From Candidatus Kaiserbacteria bacterium (GTDB lineage: Bacteria; Patescibacteriota; Minisyncoccia; Phycocordibacterales; Phycocordibacteraceae), in the NCBI GenBank assembly GCA_016217905.1, contig JACRFL010000002.1, forward strand, positions 18,817 through 82,816: a DNA stretch of 64,000 bases. The letters are read 5' to 3'. Position numbers and translations under genes: made by a program. Of this stretch, positions 28,334-39,007 are shown in pieces. Below the pieces are notes generated by a model, which was not told the origin of the DNA, ran no database searches, and was given only the letters and a program-made list of their open reading frames with translations. How positions within the stretch are numbered: position 1 is the first letter of the stretch; every line of letters begins with the position of its first letter.

Positions 28334-29995
28334 TTAAGGACCCCCGCCCCCGCCACCAAACGGCGTACAGACCGAGATCTTGAGCGCTTGCGCGTTCGTG
28401 CTGATGAGGTTCATTCGGTCAACCAAGGTACCCCCCGAGACCACGAGCGAGCCCGAGGGACTCGCGGTCGCTTGGCCCGTCGACTGCGCTTCTTGCGTCG
28501 CGCTCGCAATATCGGCCGGAGTGGGCGGTGCGCTCTGGAGCTCCAGAACATCGGCGCCGAGAGTGTTCGTCGCCGCCTGGACCCGTTGCAGGTTCGCGGT
28601 GGCGGTGGCGGCTACTGTCGAAGCGGCAGAGACTTGGGTGAGGACAGGAGCCACCCCGCTCGCGAGTGCCGCCCGTGCCGCGCTCGCTTGCGCCCTTGCG
28701 GTGCTTGCGAAAGCCGGATCCGCGCTCGCGGCTTGCGCGGCGGCGGTGCAGAAATCCGCCAAGTCGGTAACGTTGGTCGACGCCACGTCCGCCGAGGCGG
28801 CGACGGTGTTCCAGGCCGTTTTGTATTGGTTTACGCGGTTTGACGCGCTTGAGACCAGTGTCGCCGTGCTCGCCGCGGCACCCTGAAGCACGGCGGATTC
28901 GACTCCCGCGGAAGACCCTGCCTGAAATGCGGGAGAACTCCCGGCATCAATGAGGCCGCCGGACCCGCGACCGCCAAGGACGTCCTTCGCGAGATTGATA
29001 GTGCCCATGATAGTGGCGATACTGCCTAAAAGCTGACCGAATTGCGTGCCGATATTCCCGATCTGGACGAGCTTATCCTGGCCGCCGCCGAGCGCATGAT
29101 TAAGGCCAGCCGTAATGGTCGACGCCGGCGTCCTGATGGTGCCCGGGGTGCCGTCTTTGTTTGTGCACGGGTCCCCGGGAGCAGTGCCCGGACCTCCGCT
29201 CACATACGCTCCGGTCGTCTCGTCTATGTTGGCTCCATCGCTGCCGGGGCGCTCCGGGCCGCACCACGAGAGGAAGCCTTGGCCCCAATTGAGCTCCGCA
29301 AGCCGCGCGGCGGTCGCCCCCGCGACGAGATTCGCGAGCTGGCTCTGCGAACTCTGGTAGAGGGTATAGGGATTGTTCTGCGGCTCGGTTGTAAGCGCGA
29401 ACCACGCGCGCGCGCCCCCCTGTGACCAGTCCCCATTGAGAAACCCGTTTACATTCGGCGACGCGAGATTAAGCGTGTTTCGATTCGCGGCCAAGAACCC
29501 GGCAGCGCTCGTGTTCTGGACGTAGTTCCTTTGCAATGACGAGGAGATCGATGAGGCGAAGGGCGAAGTTGAATTCCGCCCGAATTGGGCGATGAAGGCG
29601 AATGCCTTCGCGTCTCCGACCTTCCGCTGATTTTCCTGCAAATTCTGCACGAATTGCGTAGAACCGGTCCCGTTTGCGTTGGGCTTAGTGACAAACGCTA
29701 TGACGCCGGCGGTGAGCGCCTTCAGCAGGAGGCCCGACTTGATAAAGGCAATCGGCGCAAGCACGTAGTCGTTGACCTGCTTCGCGACGGTTGCGAGGGT
29801 GGTTATTGGATCCGCGATGGCGGAAATGCCGGTTGCTACGGCGGTTATGGTCTCTTGAACCCAACCAACAGCATCGCCCACAACCACAACTGGAATTGCA
29901 TGCGCTCTCTGCGGCGCAACAAGAAATGCGGAAGGCGCGAGAAGCGCGACTGTGAGAACTGTCGCGAGTATTGAAGCAAGAGGGCGCGTACTCAT
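28334..29995 (-). CDS. Secreted Ala/Ser/Thr/Gly-rich low-complexity protein (553 aa), C-terminus GGGGGGP
   Basis: Signal peptide ending AHA|IP, then over 500 aa of A/S/T/G/Q/N-rich sequence. Start overlaps the upstream gene by 4 nt, and its stop/start junction with the downstream gene is separated by 2 nt. Confidence 0.55.
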   Translation of the reverse strand: MSTRPLASILATVLTVALLAPSAFLVAPQRAHAIPVVVVGDAVGWVQETITAVATGISAIADPITTLATVAKQVNDYVLAPIAFIKSGLLLKALTAGVIAFVTKPNANGTGSTQFVQNLQENQRKVGDAKAFAFIAQFGRNSTSPFASSISSSLQRNYVQNTSAAGFLAANRNTLNLASPNVNGFLNGDWSQGGARAWFALTTEPQNNPYTLYQSSQSQLANLVAGATAARLAELNWGQGFLSWCGPERPGSDGANIDETTGAYVSGGPGTAPGDPCTNKDGTPGTIRTPASTITAGLNHALGGGQDKLVQIGNIGTQFGQLLGSIATIMGTINLAKDVLGGRGSGGLIDAGSSPAFQAGSSAGVESAVLQGAAASTATLVSSASNRVNQYKTAWNTVAASADVASTNVTDLADFCTAAAQAASADPAFASTARAQASAARAALASGVAPVLTQVSAASTVAATATANLQRVQAATNTLGADVLELQSAPPTPADIASATQEAQSTGQATASPSGSLVVSGGTLVDRMNLISTNAQALKISVCTPFGGGGGGP

Positions 29996-31038
29996 GGAGT
30001 CTTGGTCGTCCTGGCCTGCTGCTTATCCTCGACATTCTTCATGATATTCACGAAGGAGGCGCCCGGCGCTCCGGCAGAGAGAGAGACGCCAGTCGCCGCG
30101 TATATCTCGCGGATATGCAGAAACGCCGTTGCGAGAGACTGCGCGGCGTCCGGGTACTGTTCGAGCGCGACGATAGTCGCCAGCGGGTCGTCGTTCACGC
30201 GCGCGAAGTCAGACGTTATCCCGCTTATCCGAATCATGGTATTTACAAGCAGGAGGTCGTCTGCGGCGAGCTCCTGCGGCACAGGGAGCATCGCGAGCCC
30301 CGCCGCGGCATCCCGATACGCCTTCGCTATCGAGGCGATGGATGAAAACGCCGTCGCATCATTTTTCTCAAGCGCGTCCTTCAGATATTCGACCTCGCTT
30401 TTCGAAGTATCGGGTCTGTTCTTCGCGAACACCGCCTCGGCGCTTGTCGCAAACGCCGTGAGAGCGTCTCTTCCCGAGCCGGAGACGGTGATATCCTTCG
30501 CGGATTTGTAATCGGGAGCAATGGCCACCATTGATGAGATCGACCGTATGCTTTCATTCGCGATATTCCGCATGTCCGCTTCGGAGAGATCCGCGCCGCC
30601 GGCAGCCTGTCTCGCCGCGAGATAGAGCGAGAGGAAGCTTTTCGTAAAGGCGTTCGTGAGCGTCCCCTCCGCCGGGGCGGGCGGAAGGCCGTCTGCGTCA
30701 GGGGCGGACGGCGACGAGGTTGCGACAGCAATGTCGGCGATCGCCTTCGGCACGACGAGCCCCTTCGCGACCGCCTGGCCGTCGGTCATGCCGAGACTGA
30801 AGGTGTCGACGATGTTCGGAGAAGTGCCGTAAAGCGCCTCTTCCCAGTCGGGGAGGCCGTCGCCGTCTGAATCTTTCACCGCTATCGCCTGTAAGAGCGC
30901 CGTCTCGGTAGAGGCCTCGGCGACCGAGGGCGACTCGATGCCGCGCGCGAGCAGATACGCTCCGGCAACCAACACTGCCGAGAAAAGAGTTGCGGCCAAG
31001 ACTCGCCAGTTTCGTAGAATCTGCCCCATAGTATTCAT
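29992..31038 (-). CDS. N-terminally membrane-anchored extracytoplasmic protein with a calcium-binding-like DSDGDGLPDWEE motif
   Basis: Single TM (RVLAATLFSAVLVAGAYLLA). DxDxDG-type motif. First gene of the four-gene operon. Start uncertain (ATG at 31038 or 31029, or the upstream start at 31110). Confidence 0.5.
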   Translation of the reverse strand: MNTMGQILRNWRVLAATLFSAVLVAGAYLLARGIESPSVAEASTETALLQAIAVKDSDGDGLPDWEEALYGTSPNIVDTFSLGMTDGQAVAKGLVVPKAIADIAVATSSPSAPDADGLPPAPAEGTLTNAFTKSFLSLYLAARQAAGGADLSEADMRNIANESIRSISSMVAIAPDYKSAKDITVSGSGRDALTAFATSAEAVFAKNRPDTSKSEVEYLKDALEKNDATAFSSIASIAKAYRDAAAGLAMLPVPQELAADDLLLVNTMIRISGITSDFARVNDDPLATIVALEQYPDAAQSLATAFLHIREIYAATGVSLSAGAPGASFVNIMKNVEDKQQARTTKTP

Positions 31039-31079
31039 AGGGAAGTATAGCAGCCGCACCCACACGGAGAAGTAGTTGT

Positions 31080-31832
31080 CTACACTAAGTGGTGCATGAG
31101 GGCAAGCCATGCAGAGAGCGGCAGGTCCTCGGCGCGGGCTTTTTCGGGAATATTTCCTTGCGGAAGACTCGCTTCCGCAAAGTTTTTCCGCACGAATTTC
31201 CGTTTATGCGCGAAGCCGGCGTGCAGAAGCGCGAAAAATCGTTTTTCTTCGGCGCGCGTAGTGAAATTCTTACGAGAAATATCGCGAACGGTGAGCACGG
31301 CAGAATCTACCTTGGGTGCGGGTGCAAAAGCGCCGCGCGGAACGGTGAATTCGTATTTCGGTGTGCCATAGGCCTTTACGGAGAGTGATAAAATGCTTTC
31401 TTTTTTTGAGCGGACAATACGCTCGGCGACCTCCTTCTGCACAAGAAGCGTCATCGCGCTCGGCTGATTGTCCGATTCGAGAAACATGCGGAATATCTCA
31501 CCCGTAAGATAGTATGGAATATTCGCCACGAGAGAGTACCTCTTCGGAAGAGCGGAAATATCAAATGTGCGGATATCACCGTGGACGAGCTCGAGATGGT
31601 CGCTTGCGATTTCATTTTTAAAAGCAATCTGCAGCTTTTCAAAAAGGTCGCGATCCGCCTCAACGGCAATCACCTTCCCCGCCAGTTTCAATAATTCCTT
31701 CGTGAGCATTCCCGTTCCGGGACCGATTTCTAACACGGCCGAGTTCGGCGCGAGTTTAGCCGTGAGTGTGATACGCTCCGCAATGCGCGCGTGCATCAGG
31801 AAGTTCTGCCCTAAAGATTTTTTAGCACCCAT
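31080..31832 (-). CDS. rsmA: 16S rRNA (adenine1518/1519-N6)-dimethyltransferase
   Basis: SLGQNFL, LEIGPGTGMLT and ANIPYY motifs. Confidence 0.9.
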   Translation of the reverse strand: MGAKKSLGQNFLMHARIAERITLTAKLAPNSAVLEIGPGTGMLTKELLKLAGKVIAVEADRDLFEKLQIAFKNEIASDHLELVHGDIRTFDISALPKRYSLVANIPYYLTGEIFRMFLESDNQPSAMTLLVQKEVAERIVRSKKESILSLSVKAYGTPKYEFTVPRGAFAPAPKVDSAVLTVRDISRKNFTTRAEEKRFFALLHAGFAHKRKFVRKNFAEASLPQGNIPEKARAEDLPLSAWLALMHHLV

Positions 31833-31994
31833 ATGATGTATAATTCTATACTACCTATGAACAATAACCGTATTACAGGAATTTCTAAATAAGGGGCATG
31901 CGGGATGGAAGGGTTTGCCGGAACACAAGAGACGACACATCGAAACCGCTCTTAAAGAACACTTCGGCATCACCGAACCGGAAGAAGAGGCTGT

Positions 31995-33926
31995 CTAGGC
32001 CTCAATTACCTCCTCCCCATTCGTCTCGTCGTAGAGCACGAGCGCGCTGTCGATGTCGGAGAGAAACGACGACGGCTCTGCGAAACAGTCGCTGCCGTAG
32101 ATCTTGCGTACGCGCGCGAGAGTGAGGATAAGCCGCTCTTTCGCACGCGTCATCGCGACGTAGAAGAGCCGCCGCTCCTCCTCTTCGTCGCGGTCATCGT
32201 CGCCGCCCACTCCTTCGTGCGGGAAAAGCCCCTCTTCCATGCCGGCGACGAACACCGTATCGAACTCGAGTCCCTTCGCTGCGTGGACGGTCATGAGGGT
32301 GACGCCCGTCTTCCCGTTTTGATCCATCTCGTCCTGGTCGCTCGCAAGCGCCGCCTCTGCGAGGAAGGCAGCGATGCCTTCCTTGCCGGGCGTGGCATCG
32401 TGCCGCGCGGCGACAGACGCGAGCTCTTCGACGTTCTCGAACCGTCCGCGGTCCTCTTCGTTCCCCTCGTCGAGAAGCGCGCGACGCATGCCGCTTTTCT
32501 CGATGACGAGCTTCACGAACTCGGAGGGAGTGAGCGTGTCGGCCACTTGAGAAAGCTCGGCAACAGCGCGCTCGAATTGCTCCACTTTCGCCAATTCGCC
32601 GGCGCGCAATTGCTCCCGCTGCCCTGCGGCGAGCTTGCCGAGCGTCACCTTGCCGATGCCGCGCGGCGGCGCAGAGGCCGCGCGGAGCTTGTCGACCTCT
32701 CTTGAGAGGTCCGTCGCGAGGCGCATCCACGCGAGCGCGTCCTTCACCTCTCTGCGCGAGAAAAAGCGCGTGCCGAGAAGCCGGTACGGCACGCCCGCGC
32801 GCAAGAGTCCTTCTTCGAGGGCGCGGGATTGAAAATTCGTACGGAAAAGTATGGCTATTTCTCCGAGTTTCGCCCCTTGTCTCATCAATTCCCGTATCTT
32901 CGCGGAGATCCAGCGCGCCTCGTCCTCGGCGCTCCGCGCGATATGAACAACAATGGGTTCACCCGCTTCCCGCTCGGTCGTCGAGTTTTTCTCTTTGCGA
33001 TTTTTATTTTTCTCGATGACCGCGTTCGCCGCATCGACGAGATTTTTCGTCGAGCGATAATTGCGCTCAAGAATAATCGTCTGCGATTCCGGGTATCTTT
33101 TTTCAAAGTCTAAAATGTTCTCCATCTTGGCTCCTCTCCATCCGTAAATTGCCTGATCTCCATCTCCCACGACAAAAAGATTTTTGTGTTTCGCCGCGAG
33201 AAGACTTGCGAGTCTTTCTTGCAATTCGTTCGTATCCTGGTACTCGTCGATGTGTATGTAGCGCCAGCGATCCTGCGCTCTCTCGCGAATGTCGGGGTGC
33301 TCTTCAAGGAGGCGCACGGGGAGCGCGATGAGGTCGTCGAAGTCGAGCGCCTTCTCTGCCGCGAGCATTTTCTCGTAACGGAGCCAGGCCTCCGCGGCGA
33401 CGCGCGCGCCAAAGCTGTTCTTCGCATATTTCTCATAAAACTCGTGCGCGCGCATGCCCTCCCCTTTCGCCCGCGAAATGCGGCCGAGGATGGCACGTGG
33501 CGAGAGCTCTTTGGCCCCCACGTCGAGCGCCTTCAGCGCGGCGGCGACCGCTCTCTCCGAATCGTCGCGGTCGTACACGCTGAAGAAGCGCGGGACGCCG
33601 ATGACCTTCCCATAGCTCTCCAGCAGCTCGCGCCCGAGTCCGTGGAACGTCGCCAGAAACGGAGACGAGCCCGGGCTATCGTCGCCGAGCATCGCACGGA
33701 CGCGCTCGCGCATCTCGCGGGCGGCTTTATTGGTGAAAGTAACGGCAAGGATCTCCTCGGCGTGGACGCCGCTCCGTATGAGGTGGTAGACCCGCGTCGT
33801 GAGCACGCGCGTTTTCCCGGCTCCGGCGCCGGCGAGGACGGACACGGGTCCGTCGAGGGCCACGATCGCGCGCTTCTGTGCTTCGTTCAATCCGTCGAGA
33901 TAGTTCACCGTCCGAATATAGCGCAC
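31995..33926 (-). CDS. UvrD/PcrA/Rep-family ATP-dependent DNA helicase
   Basis: Walker A GAGAGKTRVLTTR, a DEYQDTN-type motif and the helicase motifs of superfamily 1A. Confidence 0.85.
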   Translation of the reverse strand: MRYIRTVNYLDGLNEAQKRAIVALDGPVSVLAGAGAGKTRVLTTRVYHLIRSGVHAEEILAVTFTNKAAREMRERVRAMLGDDSPGSSPFLATFHGLGRELLESYGKVIGVPRFFSVYDRDDSERAVAAALKALDVGAKELSPRAILGRISRAKGEGMRAHEFYEKYAKNSFGARVAAEAWLRYEKMLAAEKALDFDDLIALPVRLLEEHPDIRERAQDRWRYIHIDEYQDTNELQERLASLLAAKHKNLFVVGDGDQAIYGWRGAKMENILDFEKRYPESQTIILERNYRSTKNLVDAANAVIEKNKNRKEKNSTTEREAGEPIVVHIARSAEDEARWISAKIRELMRQGAKLGEIAILFRTNFQSRALEEGLLRAGVPYRLLGTRFFSRREVKDALAWMRLATDLSREVDKLRAASAPPRGIGKVTLGKLAAGQREQLRAGELAKVEQFERAVAELSQVADTLTPSEFVKLVIEKSGMRRALLDEGNEEDRGRFENVEELASVAARHDATPGKEGIAAFLAEAALASDQDEMDQNGKTGVTLMTVHAAKGLEFDTVFVAGMEEGLFPHEGVGGDDDRDEEEERRLFYVAMTRAKERLILTLARVRKIYGSDCFAEPSSFLSDIDSALVLYDETNGEEVIEA

Positions 33927-34106
33927 AAACCGCTCTCCACAGGCACCGGGGAGGGCGATTGACTGTCCGCCCCCCTTGGCTATACTCGAGGTATCGGCTG
34001 TATGGAGGTACTCAAGGAATGGCTTATATAAGCCATTTTTGTATTAGGAAGACCCACCGAAATCCCTGTTTCCCTTATCGACTCGAATAAACATCTTTCC
34101 GACCCG

Positions 34107-35201
34107 ATGCCGCAGGGCACGAGGCTGGATACATACAAAACAGCCCGACAGCTCGCGCTGCTTGCGCTGGGGTTTGCGGTCGGCGTGATCGCTTCTTCTT
34201 TTATACCCGACAAGGCGCGCGCCTTCTGGCCTTTTTCTACAAACGCGGATGCCGCCACTGTGGCGAGCTTCCCGCACCAGTCGAGTTCGGAGATCTACGT
34301 ACGGGCCGCGGTCAATATCGATCCGAATCCGAACAAGGGCCTTAGCGGCATCCAGACGAGCGGCGGTCGCGCGCTGCTTGCGTATGGCGGCCCTTCCGGA
34401 ACGATAGCCGACGTCGCGGGCAGAGCATCGTCCGACCGCATCTCCGTGTACGTCGTGCGCGAAGGCGACACGCTCTCGGACATTGCGAACATGTTCGGCG
34501 TCTCGGTGAACACCCTCTTCTGGGCGAACGACCTCAAGAGCGTCCGCGACGTGCACCCCGGCGATACGCTCGTCATCCTTCCCGTCTCGGGTGTCGAGCA
34601 TGTCGTCAAGAAAGGCGATACGCTCAAGTCGATTGCAAAGAAATACAGCGCCGACGCGGACGACATCGCCCAGTTTAACGGCCTCGACCCTGATGCGGCG
34701 CTTGAGGTCGGTTCGACCATCATCGTCCCCGGCGGCGAGATCGTATCGCCCGCGCCGCGCTCCTCCTCTCCCTCCTCCGTCCGCGAACCGTACCTGGGCG
34801 GCGGCGGCTCCGTTCGACCAGGCTACTATGGCAACACGGTCGAGGGCGGCGTCATCACGCAGGGTATTCATGGCTGGAACGCGGTGGACATCGGAGCGGC
34901 ACGCGGCACGCCGATATACGCGGCCGCGGACGGTATCGTCACCGTGGCACGCAGCAACGGCGCCTGGAACGGCGGCTACGGCAACTACGTGGTCATCACG
35001 CACGGCAACGGCACGCAGACGCTCTACTCGCACATGAGAAACGCGGTCGTTTCGTCCGGTCAGACGGTGTCGTCGGGACAGATCATCGGGTACGTCGGAT
35101 CGACCGGCCTCTCCACCGGCGCGCATCTCCACTTCGAAGTGCGCGGCGCGGCTAATCCGTTCCGCAATTGCCGCGTCGGCAGTGTGTGCTCGCCGCAATA
35201 A
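34107..35201 (+). CDS. LysM-domain M23-family peptidoglycan endopeptidase
   Basis: Two LysM repeats (YVVREGDTLSDIANMFGVSVNTLFWAN...; HVVKKGDTLKSIAKKYSADADDIAQFNGL). An M23 core (GIDIGAARGTPIYAAADGIV...GNYVVITHGNG..TLYSHM......G..V..GQ.IGYVGSTGLSTGAHLHFEV). Confidence 0.85.
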   Translation: MPQGTRLDTYKTARQLALLALGFAVGVIASSFIPDKARAFWPFSTNADAATVASFPHQSSSEIYVRAAVNIDPNPNKGLSGIQTSGGRALLAYGGPSGTIADVAGRASSDRISVYVVREGDTLSDIANMFGVSVNTLFWANDLKSVRDVHPGDTLVILPVSGVEHVVKKGDTLKSIAKKYSADADDIAQFNGLDPDAALEVGSTIIVPGGEIVSPAPRSSSPSSVREPYLGGGGSVRPGYYGNTVEGGVITQGIHGWNAVDIGAARGTPIYAAADGIVTVARSNGAWNGGYGNYVVITHGNGTQTLYSHMRNAVVSSGQTVSSGQIIGYVGSTGLSTGAHLHFEVRGAANPFRNCRVGSVCSPQ

Positions 35202-35249
35202 TTTCTATACAACGGAGGATCCCCCCTGGCGGCGCGATTGTGCACCGGC

Positions 35250-36830
35250 TTATTCGAATCCGAAGAGGCCTCGCGGACGGTACTGGAGCGCCTCGTGCAC
35301 AAAGGAGGGCGTAACAACATCGGCGCCGCATAGGTCGGCGATGGTGCGTGCGACGCGCATGGTGCGGTGGAAACTCCTCGGCGAGAGCGAGAGACGGGCG
35401 GCCGCCGAGGTGAGAGCTTCTTTTGCGGCTGTAGTGAAGCCGCTCTTTTCATCGAGCTCCCTGCCCGAAAGCGCCGCATTCGTCGCGCCCGGTCTCCCGG
35501 CGCGCTTCTGCGCCCTCGCGCGCGCCGCGACGACGCGCGCCCGCACCGCCTCGGAGGCTTCGCCGCTGCCGAGCTTCGCGAGTGTGTCGTGCGGGACGAG
35601 CGGCACCTCGATCCAGAGGTCGAGCCGGTCGACGATGGGGCGCGAAATGCGGCGCGCCTGTTTCGCCGCGGCGCGCAGCGCGACGCGCGCGTCGTTGGAC
35701 AGGGTGTCCGCGGGATTCATCGCCGCGACGATCATGCAGTCGGCCGGGAACGTGATCGTCGCACGCGCACGTGACACCGTAACGATGCGGTCCTCGAGCG
35801 GCTGCCGGAGCGCCTCGAGCGTCCGCGAGTCGAACTCGGGAAATTCGTCCAGAAAAAGGACGCCCTTGTGCGCGAGCGTCACCTCCCCCGCCTTGGGGAA
35901 GGTGCCCCCGCCGACGATAGCGACATGCGATATCGAATGGTGCGGAGCGCGAAACGGCGGCCAGTGAACCGCCTCTCCTCCCTGCAGGAGCCCGGCGGTC
36001 GAGTGTATCGCGGTCACTTCGAGCACCTCGTCGTCGGAGAGCGGCGGGAGGATGCCGGCGAGCGCGCGGGCGAGCATCGTCTTCCCCGTTCCCGGCGGAC
36101 CGTAGAAAACGATGTTGTGCCGCCCCGCCGCGGCAATTTCCAAAGCACGCTTCGCGCTCTCCTGTCCTTTGATATCGCTAAGGTCGATCGCGGGTGGCGG
36201 CAGTTCTGCTCGGCGATCGCGCAAGAGGCGCGGAAGCGGCCTCTCGCCCTTCATATGATGTAGCAGTTCGGCGAGCGATGTCGGCGCATAGACAGCAACG
36301 CCCTCGGCGAGAAGCGCTTCGCGGGAGTTTCCCGGCGGGACGAAAACGGTCTTTGTTCCGCGCCGCTTCGCGGCGAGCACCTGCGGGAGGACGCCGCGCA
36401 CGGCGCGCAGCGAACCGTCGAGCGCGAGTTCCCCGATGAGCAACATCTCTTCCGCAGGCGGTGATACGTCGCCCGCAGCGATAAGGTACGCGAGCGCGAG
36501 CGCGAGATCGTAGTGCGAACCCTCTTTCTTCAAATCCGCTGGCGAGAGGGAGAGAACGATGCGTTTATTCTGCTGCTTCGGCGGCTTGTAACCGGAGTGG
36601 CGTATTGCGGCGCTGATCCTGTCGCGAGCCTCCTCAACCGCCTTGTCGGCGAGACCGACGACCGCGAAATTGTGCAATCCGCGCGTGAGATCCGCCTCGA
36701 CATTGACCAGCTCCGCTCCCGAGCCGACCGGCTGCGCGGCGAGCGTTTTCGCGTAACCGAGTTTCGGCAATGAGCGAGCGGTCGGAGAAGGCGCGCGAAC
36801 CGATGCGGATTTCGGCCGTGCCGCGTTCAT
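35250..36830 (-). CDS. comM: YifB/ComM-family Mg-chelatase-like AAA+ ATPase
   Basis: N-terminal ComM/Lon-like domain, Walker [12 protein letters not shown], sensor motifs and the C-terminal Mg-chelatase subunit ChlI domain. Confidence 0.85.
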   Translation of the reverse strand: MNAARPKSASVRAPSPTARSLPKLGYAKTLAAQPVGSGAELVNVEADLTRGLHNFAVVGLADKAVEEARDRISAAIRHSGYKPPKQQNKRIVLSLSPADLKKEGSHYDLALALAYLIAAGDVSPPAEEMLLIGELALDGSLRAVRGVLPQVLAAKRRGTKTVFVPPGNSREALLAEGVAVYAPTSLAELLHHMKGERPLPRLLRDRRAELPPPAIDLSDIKGQESAKRALEIAAAGRHNIVFYGPPGTGKTMLARALAGILPPLSDDEVLEVTAIHSTAGLLQGGEAVHWPPFRAPHHSISHVAIVGGGTFPKAGEVTLAHKGVLFLDEFPEFDSRTLEALRQPLEDRIVTVSRARATITFPADCMIVAAMNPADTLSNDARVALRAAAKQARRISRPIVDRLDLWIEVPLVPHDTLAKLGSGEASEAVRARVVAARARAQKRAGRPGATNAALSGRELDEKSGFTTAAKEALTSAAARLSLSPRSFHRTMRVARTIADLCGADVVTPSFVHEALQYRPRGLFGFE

Positions 36831-36836
36831 GGAGTA

Positions 36837-37184
36837 TCACAAGTGCTCGACACAGGTCGTCGCGGCGGGGTCGGCCTCGAGCCGCTCCTCTCCTATCGGG
36901 CGGCCGCACACTTCGCAGATTCCGTATGTTTTCTTCTCGATTCTCGCAAGAGCCGCAAGCACGGTGTCGTAACGCGCCTCAAGATCGGCAAGAACGGCCT
37001 CGTTCCTTTCGCGGCTGATTACTACATCCGCCTGATCGGCCAGATCCGCCTCGGAGCCCGTCTCCGAGGGGACCGCTTCCCAATCGCCCGGAACTGCAGG
37101 GTTCCTCCGGCCGATACCCCCCATCTCTGACTCGAGCTTGAGCTTCTCCGCCTCAAGCTTTTTCCTGAAATGCTCGGTCTTCAT
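36837..37184 (-). CDS. DksA/TraR-family zinc-finger protein
   Basis: Coiled-coil N-terminus plus a C-terminal CEVCGRPIGEERLEADPAATTCVEH finger. Confidence 0.6.
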   Translation of the reverse strand: MKTEHFRKKLEAEKLKLESEMGGIGRRNPAVPGDWEAVPSETGSEADLADQADVVISRERNEAVLADLEARYDTVLAALARIEKKTYGICEVCGRPIGEERLEADPAATTCVEHL

Positions 37185-37207
37185 TCCACTATGGTAGCAG
37201 ATAAATG

Positions 37208-38323
37208 CTATCGCGTCCGCGATGTGGCGAGCCGATTGAGTATCTCGGAAAATACGGCCGGGTCGCGCGCGATGACCAGCGTCTTCTGATTCCAGTAACC
37301 ATAGAGAACGATACTGCGGCCAGCAGTGTCGCGGTACACGCGTACGTCGTGATTATCGACGACCTCGTCGCGGAAAACGGCCTGGGGCGCCATCGTTGTC
37401 GTCGCGTGCGGCGAGGAGGTCGCCGCAGAAGCGGAAGCGGCGGCCGGATACGCCGGGAAAAGCGCCCCGAGATCGCGCGGCATACGCGCCTCCCACGCGA
37501 GCAGCCCGCCGAACGTGCCGCTGTACGACGAAACGGAAAGTATGAAAAACGGGCTCGCCGAGCCGCCCGCGTTCGCGACGCCGGCCATGCTGCCGTCTGC
37601 GTTTATGTTGCGCACAAGAACATCGGGCGCCGAGAGAGGGAGCGCCGAAAAGACGCTTTCGGCGGACGTGCTTGCGACGTAGAGAAGCCGGACAGCGCTC
37701 GGAGCGAGCGGACGAGCGACCGACTCCTCGATTGCCGCAAGAAGCTCGGCGCCCGTTCCCGAAAGCGGCTCGCGCTCGTCGACGAATATCGGAGCCATCG
37801 CGCCGGCCTCCGGCGTGACGGGAACCGTTATGGTCACATAACTGCGATACGCGCTGTATGCTCCTATCCCGCCCGCGATAAGAAGCACGGCGCCCGCGCC
37901 GATATAAAGCGCGTTTCCCCACGGGAACTTTTTCTTCTGAAGCGGCGCCTCACGGCCCGCATCCTGCTCGGCGGCGAGCACCGTTGCGGTCGATGCGCGA
38001 GTCTCTTTCACCCTTTCTGAAAAATCTCCGGAATACGTTTCCAGAGGAGATACGAGCGGCGGGGTCGCCTTTGCCGGCACCGGCTTCTGTATCGGAGCGG
38101 CGGTCGGAGCCGGAGTAGGCGGCAGAGGCGATCCCGCGACGAGACGTTCCGAAGGAGCGGGATGCGCGGGTTCAAGAGGGGCCAGATCGGGAACGCCGCC
38201 TTTCTGGAGGATCTCCATGTCGCCGGCGAATGTGCGAATGTATTTCTCCGGCTCCTGCCCGCCGGCAGATGACAATCCTTTGTCCGGAGCGGAGGACTGC
38301 GTCGTCGTTTTAGTGTCCATCAC
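37208..38323 (-). CDS. Hypothetical single-pass membrane protein with a Pro-rich N-terminal region
   Basis: One TM (ALYIGAGAVLLIAGGIGAYSAY). No recognisable catalytic motif. Confidence 0.45.
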   Translation of the reverse strand: MMDTKTTTQSSAPDKGLSSAGGQEPEKYIRTFAGDMEILQKGGVPDLAPLEPAHPAPSERLVAGSPLPPTPAPTAAPIQKPVPAKATPPLVSPLETYSGDFSERVKETRASTATVLAAEQDAGREAPLQKKKFPWGNALYIGAGAVLLIAGGIGAYSAYRSYVTITVPVTPEAGAMAPIFVDEREPLSGTGAELLAAIEESVARPLAPSAVRLLYVASTSAESVFSALPLSAPDVLVRNINADGSMAGVANAGGSASPFFILSVSSYSGTFGGLLAWEARMPRDLGALFPAYPAAASASAATSSPHATTTMAPQAVFRDEVVDNHDVRVYRDTAGRSIVLYGYWNQKTLVIARDPAVFSEILNRLATSRTR

Positions 38324-38360
38324 TGCCTATAGTAGCGTACCCGACGCGCGGCGCTACTCG

Positions 38361-38876
38361 TTATGCCCGCGACACGATGGTGAATGTACGCGGATCGTCG
38401 CACATGTCGGTGAATGCGTGCGCGGCTTCCCTTAATTTGCTTGACGAGGATTTGCCGAAGGCGATGACTTCAACCTGGCACCCTTCGTTGAGGTCGAGAT
38501 ACTGGATGAGCGGCACGAAGTCGCCGTCGCCGGTCACGAGAACGACGGTGTCGAGCTTCGGCGCGAGCTTCACCGCGTCGATCGCCATGCCGACATCCCA
38601 GTCGGCCTTCTTCGCGCCGTCGGCGAAGACCTGGAGGTCTTTCACCTTGGTCTCGATGCCCATCTTGGTAAGCGCTTCGAAAAAGTTTTTCTCCTCGCCG
38701 CTCTCCGTCGAGATAACGTACGCGATGGCGCGCACGAGGATGCGGCCGCCGACGGCCTCCTCGAGGATCTTTCCGAAGTTGACGCGCGCTTTGTAGAGAT
38801 GCTTCGCGCTGTGGTAGAGATTTTGCGTATCGATGAACACGCCGACGCGCTGGGCTGGATGTTTGATGACTGCCAT
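38361..38876 (-). CDS. NYN-domain (LabA/DUF88-like) putative RNase
   Basis: VGVFIDTQNLYHSAK...VLVTGDGDFVPL motif pattern of NYN/PIN-like domains. Start set at the internal MAVIKHP. Confidence 0.65.
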   Translation of the reverse strand: MAVIKHPAQRVGVFIDTQNLYHSAKHLYKARVNFGKILEEAVGGRILVRAIAYVISTESGEEKNFFEALTKMGIETKVKDLQVFADGAKKADWDVGMAIDAVKLAPKLDTVVLVTGDGDFVPLIQYLDLNEGCQVEVIAFGKSSSSKLREAAHAFTDMCDDPRTFTIVSRA

Positions 38877-39007
38877 ATAAATACAGTAAGTAGTTTGTAG
38901 GGAGTAGGTTGTAGAAAAATACAAAAACTCCCCGTGCTATTAAAATTCAGCGGCGTAGCCGCCACTCTCATACTACCCCCTACTCCCTATCCCCTACAAC
39001 CCTGGTG

